A stretch of 64,000 bases of DNA, from NCBI GenBank assembly GCA_009777935.1, contig WRKU01000002.1:11205-75204 (forward strand), written 5' to 3'. Position numbers and translations under genes: made by a program. The stretch comes from Coriobacteriia bacterium (lineage in GTDB: Bacteria > Actinomycetota > Coriobacteriia > WRKU01). The notes beneath the pieces are model-generated. The model searched no databases. It was not told the origin of the DNA and was given only the letters and a program-made list of their open reading frames with translations. Shown here piece by piece: positions 56,766 through 64,000 of this stretch (position 1 is its first letter; the number at the start of each line of letters is the position of its first letter).

Positions 56766-58217
56766 TTAAAACCTCGCGTAGATGAACGGGCTATAGGTCA
56801 TTGCCGACAGTGCAAGGAGGCACAGCATGAGCAGCATGAGGCTCAACGCATAGGAGGCGAAGGTGGCAGCTTTCAGTATCGATGGACGACACGAGAGCTG
56901 TGGGAAGCACGAGAAACGCTCGTCCGAAAGCATGCGCTTTGCCCATACGCGTAAGGGAAGGAGCCCGATGAGGGCTACGGTGATGGTCGCAACAAAGAGA
57001 GGATCGAACTGCTCAAAGGCAAGGCTCAGTGCTGCTGCCGATTGGTGCCAGCCCACAAACATCTGCGTGATAAAGTGCCATGCCTGCGTGAGGGTATCTG
57101 CGCGAAAGATAACGAATCCTATGGTGATGAGGAGCAGCGCATATCCGTGCTGCAGTAATCGAGGGAGCTTCTTGAAGGGTACATAGTCTTCGAGGACAAC
57201 GCAGAAGCCCTGTAACATGCCCCATACGACGAACGTCCAGTTAGCACCGTGCCAGAGCCCCGTACAGAAAAAGACGAATAGCTTGTTGCATGCGGTCTTC
57301 AGCTTCCCCTGACGGTTGCCGCCAAGGGGAATGTAGAGATAGTCTCGAAACCACGCACCGAGCGTCATGTGCCAGCGACGCCAAAACTCCTGGATACCGC
57401 GTGAGCCATAGGGGTAGTTGAAATTCTCGGGGAAGGTGAACCCAAACATAAGCCCCAGCCCGATTGCCATGTCGGTATATCCACTGAAATCGTAGAATAT
57501 CTGTAGCAGAAAGGCGATAGCGGCAATCCACGCGCCGAGTGCCCCAATATGCTCTGAGGGCGCGGCGAACAGAGCATCGACGGCGAGACCAAGTGTGCTA
57601 GCAATCAATACCTTTTTACCGAGCCCTGTGATAAAGCGACGAAAGCCGCGCGCCATCTCGGGCGAGCGAAGTGGTCGTACGGTAAGTTGCGGAGCTATCT
57701 GGTCGAACCTCACAATCGGTCCGGCAATAATGCGCGGAAAAAATGCAATGTGAAGACAGACATGCCCGAAGTTGCGTGTCGCCCCAATGGTGCCACGGTA
57801 TACATCGACGACGTACGAGATGGCTTGAAAGGTAAAGAACGAGATGCCGAGAGGAAGGAGAATCGCCGGTGTTGACCACGAGGTACCTACGAGATGGTTG
57901 AAGGTCTCGGTAAACATGATGCTGTACTTGCACACGCCGAGTACGGCCACATTGACGATAACGGCGAGAGCGAGGGAGCCTTTTGCGAGTACCGGACGTG
58001 AGTCCCGTCGTGCTTTGCCGATAAGCAATCCCAGCAGGTAGTTAAAGACCGTGCTCGCAAACATGAGCGCAATAAAGACTGGCTCACCGTAAGCGTAGAA
58101 CAAAAAACTTGCACAGATGAGAAGTGCGTTACGTGCACGAGTACTCGGAGTGACGACGTAGAGCAGGACAACGAGCGGCAGAAAGACGCACAGAAAAACG
58201 AACGAATCAAAGAACAT
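56766..58217 (-). CDS. MBOAT-family membrane O-acyltransferase (AlgI/DltB-like)
   Basis: 483 aa, at least 10 TM helices. The conserved His-containing MBOAT region ('LWHGANWTFVVWGMLQG') is present. Confidence 0.8.
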   Translation of the reverse strand: MFFDSFVFLCVFLPLVVLLYVVTPSTRARNALLICASFLFYAYGEPVFIALMFASTVFNYLLGLLIGKARRDSRPVLAKGSLALAVIVNVAVLGVCKYSIMFTETFNHLVGTSWSTPAILLPLGISFFTFQAISYVVDVYRGTIGATRNFGHVCLHIAFFPRIIAGPIVRFDQIAPQLTVRPLRSPEMARGFRRFITGLGKKVLIASTLGLAVDALFAAPSEHIGALGAWIAAIAFLLQIFYDFSGYTDMAIGLGLMFGFTFPENFNYPYGSRGIQEFWRRWHMTLGAWFRDYLYIPLGGNRQGKLKTACNKLFVFFCTGLWHGANWTFVVWGMLQGFCVVLEDYVPFKKLPRLLQHGYALLLITIGFVIFRADTLTQAWHFITQMFVGWHQSAAALSLAFEQFDPLFVATITVALIGLLPLRVWAKRMLSDERFSCFPQLSCRPSILKAATFASYALSLMLLMLCLLALSAMTYSPFIYARF

Positions 58218-58263
58218 TGTGGCGGTCTCTTGCTATATTCTTTCGGGCAGGTCTTCGTGCATG

Positions 58264-60390
58264 CTACCAGCGATAACTTAAGACATGACCACCGGGCGGC
58301 TGCATATAAAAATTATATCCGCGCATAGAGCGTTGTGCTTCAGGGTCACAGATATACACGACACCTCCGCTGGTAATGTTGACCCAACTATGAGGCCCCC
58401 AGCCACCATTTGCCAAACGTACTTCTCCGGAGACAGCCTGTGCGTTATGTCCGAGTGCACGTGCGAGGTAATAGAACAGCGCGGCATAGCTATAGCAGTT
58501 ACCGGCTCCGTCTCGAATCATATTGAGCGCGTAGGGGGTCTCCCATCCCGGTGCCGGATAGAGGCCCCGTTGTTGCCACGAGAAGTTATTGACCACATAC
58601 ATATAGGCAGCGTGGAGGTCGTTGCCGGTTATCGCAAGGATCCTCTGTATTTCACGATTGAGCTCCGCGTTTGAAGAAATCAAGGCACCGGTATAGGCAA
58701 AGGTTCTGCTCGTTGAGCCGGTGAGTACCAAGTGTCCGTTGCCGGTACGCACATATCCATGAATCTGATAGGTACGACTGTTTCTGTCGAACTTGTGAGG
58801 GGTCGTCAGCGTTGCACGATAGACGTTGTTGCCTACATGCGTCGCTGTCACCCATTGGATATCGCTCTGATTCGCGTTACTCCAGAAGGGGAACTGAACG
58901 GCTTGGACACCGGCAGGCGACGCCACCGTCATCTCGACGACCATCGTACCGGCGTTGGTGTCTACGCTTCGCACCGTTGGCCTGCCTGTAGGTGTCGCAA
59001 TCGTAAAGGCCTTCGAGCCGACAATGATGCGACCAGAGCCGGGTATATCGGCGTAGACGTGAGTAGTGTAGGCTCCGACGTCACGATGAAGCGAGAGGGG
59101 TACGGTAGCCTGCCATGAGCCATCGGCCATACGCGTGGCTCTGTGCCATACGAGATCATCTTGACCATTGCGGTTAGACCAGGTTGGGAACCAGACAGCA
59201 GTCGCACTGAAGGTCTGTCCCCCTGCCACGTAAAAACTTACCTGTCGTTGGTTGTTTGACACGGCAGTGCGCACCTCAACGGGAGGACGCACGACGCTTT
59301 GTCGCGCACTGCCAACTATTGTGAAATGCTCGTTGGCATCGCGCACATACGCGTGAGCGATATAGGTGCCGGTCAGCCACGCGTGATTGCTGGCCGCTAC
59401 GTTGAGGGTGTAATCACCATTGGCCTGACGTGTGGCACGAAACCACCTGAGCTGATCTTGGCGTCCGTTATTGTCACGCCATACCGCAATCTGCACCTCG
59501 GATATACCTTGAGGAACGCGCAGATTGCCGACGGTCACACGAAAGGTTCCTGCCGCAGTATTGTAGTGGCTCGTAGAGACGCGACCGGTCGGTGGCGTGA
59601 CCGTAAAGGTCTTCGAGCCGACAATGACGCGACCAGAGCCGGGTATATCGGCATGAACGTGCATGGTATATGCTCCAGCGTCACGGTGAAGCGAGAGGGG
59701 TACGGTAGCCTGCCAGGAACCGTCAGCCATACGCGTCGCGCGGTGCCACACCAGGTCATCTTGGCCGTTACGATTAGACCAAGTCGGGAACCAAACAGCC
59801 GTGGCGTTAACGGTCTGTCCGCCTGCAACATAAAAGCTTACCTGTCGCTGATTGCTTGAGACTGCCGTGCGTACTTCAACGGGAGGGCGCTGTACGGTCT
59901 GCCGCGTGCCTCCAAGCAATGTTTCAGCACCATTGCTATCGCGCACGTATGCGTGAGCTACATAGGTGCCGGTGCGCCACCCGTGATTGCTGGCAGCGAC
60001 GTTAACGGTGTAATCGCCGTTAGACTGACGTGTTGCCGTGTACCATATGAGGTTATTTTGCCGTCCGTTACTGTCGTGCCATACCGGAACGCGTACCTGT
60101 GAAATGCCGGCAAGTGCGTTGATGTTGCTTACCGTGACACGGAACGTGCCGGCAGCAACATTGTAGTGGCTTGTGGCAATTCTGCCCGTCGGGCGTGTGA
60201 CCGTAAGGGCCACTGAGCTCTCTTCCAAAAGAAGCATATGTGGCGTTTCGCTTGCGCCGGAGGAAAGATCGCTTCCAAGGGTGTTTCCGCTTGCGTATCC
60301 TCCCATTGTGACGGTTAATGCGCAAACGACGAGTGCGAGAAAAAGAGTCTTTTTTGTAATATGACGTTCAGAGACGTTAAAAGCCCTCAT
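58264..60390 (-). CDS. Secreted Bsp-like-repeat protein with a C-terminal transglutaminase-like cysteine-protease domain
   Basis: Signal peptide 'KKTLFLALVVCALTVTMGGYASG'. Five repeats near-identical to those of the gene at 37120. C-terminal 'AGNCYSYAALFYYLARALG...GPHSWVNI...YICDPE' (Cys/His/Asp triad, transglutaminase-core-like). Start ATG at 60390 (the ORF extends to 60426). Confidence 0.65.
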   Translation of the reverse strand: MRAFNVSERHITKKTLFLALVVCALTVTMGGYASGNTLGSDLSSGASETPHMLLLEESSVALTVTRPTGRIATSHYNVAAGTFRVTVSNINALAGISQVRVPVWHDSNGRQNNLIWYTATRQSNGDYTVNVAASNHGWRTGTYVAHAYVRDSNGAETLLGGTRQTVQRPPVEVRTAVSSNQRQVSFYVAGGQTVNATAVWFPTWSNRNGQDDLVWHRATRMADGSWQATVPLSLHRDAGAYTMHVHADIPGSGRVIVGSKTFTVTPPTGRVSTSHYNTAAGTFRVTVGNLRVPQGISEVQIAVWRDNNGRQDQLRWFRATRQANGDYTLNVAASNHAWLTGTYIAHAYVRDANEHFTIVGSARQSVVRPPVEVRTAVSNNQRQVSFYVAGGQTFSATAVWFPTWSNRNGQDDLVWHRATRMADGSWQATVPLSLHRDVGAYTTHVYADIPGSGRIIVGSKAFTIATPTGRPTVRSVDTNAGTMVVEMTVASPAGVQAVQFPFWSNANQSDIQWVTATHVGNNVYRATLTTPHKFDRNSRTYQIHGYVRTGNGHLVLTGSTSRTFAYTGALISSNAELNREIQRILAITGNDLHAAYMYVVNNFSWQQRGLYPAPGWETPYALNMIRDGAGNCYSYAALFYYLARALGHNAQAVSGEVRLANGGWGPHSWVNITSGGVVYICDPEAQRSMRGYNFYMQPPGGHVLSYRW
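58690..60165 (-). repeat. Bsp-like repeat array, inverted near-identical copy of 38790-40290
   Basis: The reverse complement of 59800-59930 matches 39090-39230 with only scattered mismatches. Repeat order R2-R6 is conserved. Confidence 0.8.
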
Positions 60391-60498
60391 ATAATGGCAC
60401 TGCCCTCTCATGTTTTTGGCTACCATCTGCGTGTGTGTACAAGTCTTTATTTTATCATATCGGCTATAATGCTCGTACGGACCCTAAGGGGAGAAGAC

Positions 60499-61641
60499 AT
60501 GGCACGAAAGGTACTTTCGATATTTGGCACGCGGCCCGAGGCCATCAAGATGGCACCGGTCGTTCGTGCGCTTGCGCGTGACGAGCGCTTCGATGCAAAG
60601 GTGCTGGTAACAGCACAACATCGTGCCATGCTCGATCAGGTTCTCAATTTCTTCGAGATTGTCCCCGACTTTGATCTCGATATCATGGAGCATGGCCAAA
60701 CACTCGCCCAGATTACGGCACGCGTACTCGAAGGTGTGACGCAGGTTCTCGACGAGTGGACGCCTGACGTCATCGTCGTGCACGGAGATACGACGACAAC
60801 CTTTGCCGCTGCACTCGCGGCGTTTTATCGTCACGTTGACGTTGCACATATTGAGGCCGGTATGCGTACCGGTGACCTCCACCAGCCGTTTCCCGAAGAG
60901 CTCAACCGTACGCTTGTGGCCCGTATGGCGCGTTACAGCTTTGCGCCGTCAGCCGAATGCGAGGGGCATCTGTTGCGTGAGGGTATCGCGCCTGAGCGCA
61001 TTATTCGCACGGCACACAACACGGGGGTTGATGCGCTTCTCTTGGCACGCGATATGCTCGCCGATGACCTTGCAAGCGAGTTGGCAGAAGCGCACGATAA
61101 GCATATTCTTGTGACCGCACATCGACGCGAAAGTTGGGGCGAAAGCATGCGTAATATATTCGGTGCAGTAGCCGATATCGCCTCCGCTCACCCCGACTAT
61201 CACATCAGCGTGGCGACGCATGCCAATCCGCTCGTTGCCGATGATGCGACCGCTATTTTGGATGGCATTTCTAACGTTGAACTTTTGCCGCCACAGTCTT
61301 ACCGCGATTTTGTCACACGTATGGCGCGGTCGCGTGTCATCCTTTCCGATTCCGGCGGCATTCAAGAAGAGGGACCGACGCTGGGGGTACCGGTCGTCGT
61401 CATGCGTAACAAGACCGAATACCACGAGTTGCTCGATGCCGGTGTCGTCTTTCTGGGAGGTACGCAGCGTGCATCTATCGTCGAGACGACCGAGCGCATC
61501 CTCGCCGACGAAGCCATCCACGCTCACGTACGACAGTTTGCGTGCGACCGCGCCACACAGTCGAGCATTCCGCAGATACTCGATACGCTGGCAGCTGATA
61601 TCAGCGACACGCAGACACTCGACACGCAGGCCGGTGCATGA
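60499..61641 (+). CDS. wecB: UDP-N-acetylglucosamine 2-epimerase (non-hydrolysing)
   Basis: 'KVLSIFGTRPEAIKMAPVVRAL...VHGDTTTTFAAALAAFYRHVDVAHIEAGMRTGD' is canonical. A ribosome-binding site (AAGGGGA) lies upstream of the ATG at 60499. TATAAT at about 60466. Confidence 0.85.
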   Translation: MARKVLSIFGTRPEAIKMAPVVRALARDERFDAKVLVTAQHRAMLDQVLNFFEIVPDFDLDIMEHGQTLAQITARVLEGVTQVLDEWTPDVIVVHGDTTTTFAAALAAFYRHVDVAHIEAGMRTGDLHQPFPEELNRTLVARMARYSFAPSAECEGHLLREGIAPERIIRTAHNTGVDALLLARDMLADDLASELAEAHDKHILVTAHRRESWGESMRNIFGAVADIASAHPDYHISVATHANPLVADDATAILDGISNVELLPPQSYRDFVTRMARSRVILSDSGGIQEEGPTLGVPVVVMRNKTEYHELLDAGVVFLGGTQRASIVETTERILADEAIHAHVRQFACDRATQSSIPQILDTLAADISDTQTLDTQAGA

Positions 61642-62795
61642 GGAGTGTCGCTCTCATAACCGATGCGCCTTTCTGTAGGGATGTTCGCACGCAGCGTACC
61701 GTCGAGGCATTGACCGAACAAGGCTTACATATTTCCGTCATCGACCAGGGGTTTCATGCGGAGGAGTCGCGTGCGCTTTTGCCTGCACAGCACGAGCTAT
61801 TCTCGTCGCCCATCCCGCGGGGAAGCGTGCGCAAGTTTTGGTGGCATCTGCAAAATCGCCTCACCCCACTCCGTGCGTATCGCCAACGTACGCGGTGGCT
61901 TGTCAGCACGTTGCGCTCGCTGGAAGCAGACGTTATTCATTGCGTTAACGTGTTCGGCCTCGAAGCGGCGGTAACGGTGGCGACGGAAACACGCACCCCG
62001 CTCATCTACGAGCCTCTTGAGTACTGGCCGCAGTATCTGTTCTCCTCGACGTACGGCCTCTCGCGGCGGCTTGCTACCGCACTTGAGCGGTGTGAGCGTG
62101 ATGCGGCGACGACGGTAACACAGATGATAACGGTGAGCCCGGTGATGGCGGACAACTACGCCGCACGAGGCTATCGAAACGCCAACGTCATCTACAACGC
62201 GAACGTTCCTGAGCATGGTCTCGCGCAACCTTCAGAGGTCCACACACCTATCCGTCTCGTGCATTCGGGATATCTCAATAGGGATCGCAATATCAGTGAG
62301 ATTATCGCTGCATGTCTCGATAACCCTCTTGTCGAGCTCACCGTTCAGGGTGAAGGCCCGTGTCTGGCTGCTGCAAGACAACAGGCACACGGTGCGCCGA
62401 ACATCAGATTTACGAGTCTCGTGCCCTACGGCCAGACCATCGATTCACTCGCAGATTACGACATCGGTCTCGCCGGTCTCTCGCCCGATGACGACCTTGC
62501 CGACTACGCGCTGCCAAATAAAATCTTCGACTATCTGGCTGCAGGTCTCACCATCGTCTGCACACGATCTCGTTCGGTTGCTTCGCTCGAAGACAGTAAT
62601 GCATATGTTCGCTTTGTCGATGCACCAACGGCGGACCGTTTTGCCGAAGCATTCGCAGAACTCACGGCGGACCCTGCGGGGTTGCAGCGCAGGAAAGAAG
62701 CAGCGTTGGTGGCAAGTCGCGCCTATAGCCGTACGCGACAAAAAGAGCTCATCAAGAGCGTGTACGAACAGATTGAGCAGGTGGTCGCGTCATGA
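61638..62795 (+). CDS. Glycosyltransferase (GT4-like), fourth member of the local paralog family
   Basis: 'VALITDAPFCRDVRTQRTVEALTEQGLHISVI' N-terminus resembles the genes at 32560, 46723 and 47949. GT-B C-terminal domain. Confidence 0.65.
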   Translation: MRSVALITDAPFCRDVRTQRTVEALTEQGLHISVIDQGFHAEESRALLPAQHELFSSPIPRGSVRKFWWHLQNRLTPLRAYRQRTRWLVSTLRSLEADVIHCVNVFGLEAAVTVATETRTPLIYEPLEYWPQYLFSSTYGLSRRLATALERCERDAATTVTQMITVSPVMADNYAARGYRNANVIYNANVPEHGLAQPSEVHTPIRLVHSGYLNRDRNISEIIAACLDNPLVELTVQGEGPCLAAARQQAHGAPNIRFTSLVPYGQTIDSLADYDIGLAGLSPDDDLADYALPNKIFDYLAAGLTIVCTRSRSVASLEDSNAYVRFVDAPTADRFAEAFAELTADPAGLQRRKEAALVASRAYSRTRQKELIKSVYEQIEQVVAS

Positions 62796-63646
62796 TTTCT
62801 ATCCTCATGCCTGCCTACAATGCTGAGCGTACGATTGCGCAAGCAGTTCGTTCGGTGCTTGGTCAACAGGGCGCAGAGTTTGAGCTCATCGTCGTCGATG
62901 ACGGCTCGACCGATGCGACAGCTGACGTGGTGTGCGCGATTACGGCAGGCGATTCGCGCGTGAAGTTCATCCAACAGGAAAATCGGGGAACCGGTGGCGC
63001 GCTGGCAACGGCGACCGCTCACGCAGAAGGGGAGTGGCTGCTTCGGCTTGATGCTGACGACTGGCTTACCGAGGGCTCTCTGGCATGTCGCGTTACCTTC
63101 ATGCACGAGCATCCCGGTTACGACATCTATTCAGCCTCATGTATCTATATCGAGGATGAATGCGAGAGCGAAGGTAGCGCTGCACAACGTGTTTTTCCTG
63201 GCTGGCAGGAACCTCGCTCGGTAACCTTTACTCAAGAGGTCGATTTTCCGTGGATTCAGGTGACCTCGCTCTTTCGACGTGATCTTTCTGAGCAGATCGG
63301 CAGCTTTCGCCCGCAGTTTTATAACGAGGACTATGACCTTTGGTTGCGTCTGCTGGCTGCCGGCGCGCGGCATCTCCATCAGCCGGAACCGCTCGCCTTC
63401 TATCGTATCCATCAGGGGCAGAAGACAGATGACGTTCTCAAGCAACGTGCCGACGACTGCGCAATCTTTAACGACTTGCTCGCATCCGGCGCCTTAACCG
63501 ATGAGCAAGCTATTCATGTGCAAGCAGTTATCAAGCGCCATAAGCGCAACATTGCACTGCGCAAGACACTCTACGTTATAATAGGGCGCGAAAGAGCTGA
63601 AGTGGCAATCCGGAAGATACAAGGGGATCCATGTATCGAGATATGA
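62792..63646 (+). CDS. Glycosyltransferase family 2
   Basis: 'MISILMPAYNAERTIAQAVRSVLGQQGAEFELIVVDDGSTDAT'. Confidence 0.8.
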   Translation: MISILMPAYNAERTIAQAVRSVLGQQGAEFELIVVDDGSTDATADVVCAITAGDSRVKFIQQENRGTGGALATATAHAEGEWLLRLDADDWLTEGSLACRVTFMHEHPGYDIYSASCIYIEDECESEGSAAQRVFPGWQEPRSVTFTQEVDFPWIQVTSLFRRDLSEQIGSFRPQFYNEDYDLWLRLLAAGARHLHQPEPLAFYRIHQGQKTDDVLKQRADDCAIFNDLLASGALTDEQAIHVQAVIKRHKRNIALRKTLYVIIGRERAEVAIRKIQGDPCIEI

Positions 63647-64000
63647 AGATAGCGGCGCTGGTGCCTGCGTACAACGAGGGCAAGCACGTCGATAGAGTTA
63701 TCACGACGATGCCCGACTATGTGGATTATATCGTGCTCGTTAACGATGGCTCGACCGATGACACCGCAGAGGTTATCAAGGCTAACCTCACCGAGCGGTG
63801 TACTTTTGTTAACCGTGGAGAGAATCGAGGGCTTGGAGCGACGCTGGTAGAGGCGAATCAGGTGACTCTTGCGCGAACCGATGCCGAGCTCATGGTGATT
63901 ATGGCCGGTGATGCACAGATGGACCCGACCTACCTTCCCGCGCTGCTTGATCCGCTTGTCGATAATACGTGTGAGTTCTCTAAAGGCAATCGTTTCTTTA
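63631..64000 (+). CDS. Glycosyltransferase family 2 (DPM1/polyprenol-phosphate sugar synthase-like), 3'-truncated by the window end
   Basis: 'MYRDMKIAALVPAYNEGKHVDRVITTMPDYVDYIVLVNDGSTDDT'. No stop before nt 64000. The start is 63631 or 63643. Confidence 0.65.
   Translation, partial: MYRDMKIAALVPAYNEGKHVDRVITTMPDYVDYIVLVNDGSTDDTAEVIKANLTERCTFVNRGENRGLGATLVEANQVTLARTDAELMVIMAGDAQMDPTYLPALLDPLVDNTCEFSKGNRFF

Noticed and set aside
1-64000. Search for tRNA, rRNA, transposase, integrase and phage genes
   Set aside because: No cloverleaf-compatible sequences, rRNA signatures, DDE or tyrosine recombinase motifs, or terminal inverted repeats of insertion-sequence type were recognised. The only composition anomaly is the small islet at 15.4-16.3 kb.

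Overview
This 64-kb window is gene-dense and moderately high in GC, with overlapping start and stop codons (ATGA, TAATG) at many gene junctions. It most likely comes from a Gram-positive actinobacterium such as a Coriobacteriia-like organism; that lineage call is low-confidence inference. Almost the whole window is one large cell-envelope glycan locus. It encodes a Wzx-type flippase and at least 17 glycosyltransferases (GT2, GT4 and GT-C-like). Five nucleotide-sugar pathways are recognisable: dTDP-rhamnose (rmlA, rmlC, rmlB, rmlD), GDP-mannose to GDP-fucose (manC, gmd, fcl), UDP-glucose (galU), UDP-ManNAc (wecB), and amino-sugar branches built from a PglF-like dehydratase, two DegT aminotransferases, a hexapeptide-repeat acetyltransferase and a Gfo/Idh/MocA oxidoreductase. 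The locus also carries an MsbA-type ABC exporter, two membrane-anchored GH3 hydrolases, an MBOAT plus AlgX/DHHW-like O-acylation module, and two large cell-wall hydrolases with near-identical Bsp-like repeat arrays in inverted orientation. The most unusual feature is a roughly 10.7-kb insert at 4.6-15.3 kb. It encodes three multiheme c-type cytochromes with about 12, 9-10 and 6-7 CXXCH motifs, a doubly anchored NHL beta-propeller, a TPR protein, a Wzy_C (O-antigen-ligase/O-oligosaccharyltransferase-like) membrane protein, and three paralogous surface proteins anchored by a C-terminal helix that belong to no family I recognise. All of these are predicted to be extracytoplasmic. I read this insert as a candidate extracellular electron-transfer or redox module that may be glycosylated by the surrounding locus. 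A small low-GC single-gene islet at 15.4-16.3 kb, conserved leader motifs, a perfect inverted repeat in an AT-rich leader, and tandem or dispersed glycosyltransferase paralogs are also noted. No rRNA, tRNA, CRISPR array, transposase or integrase was recognised.
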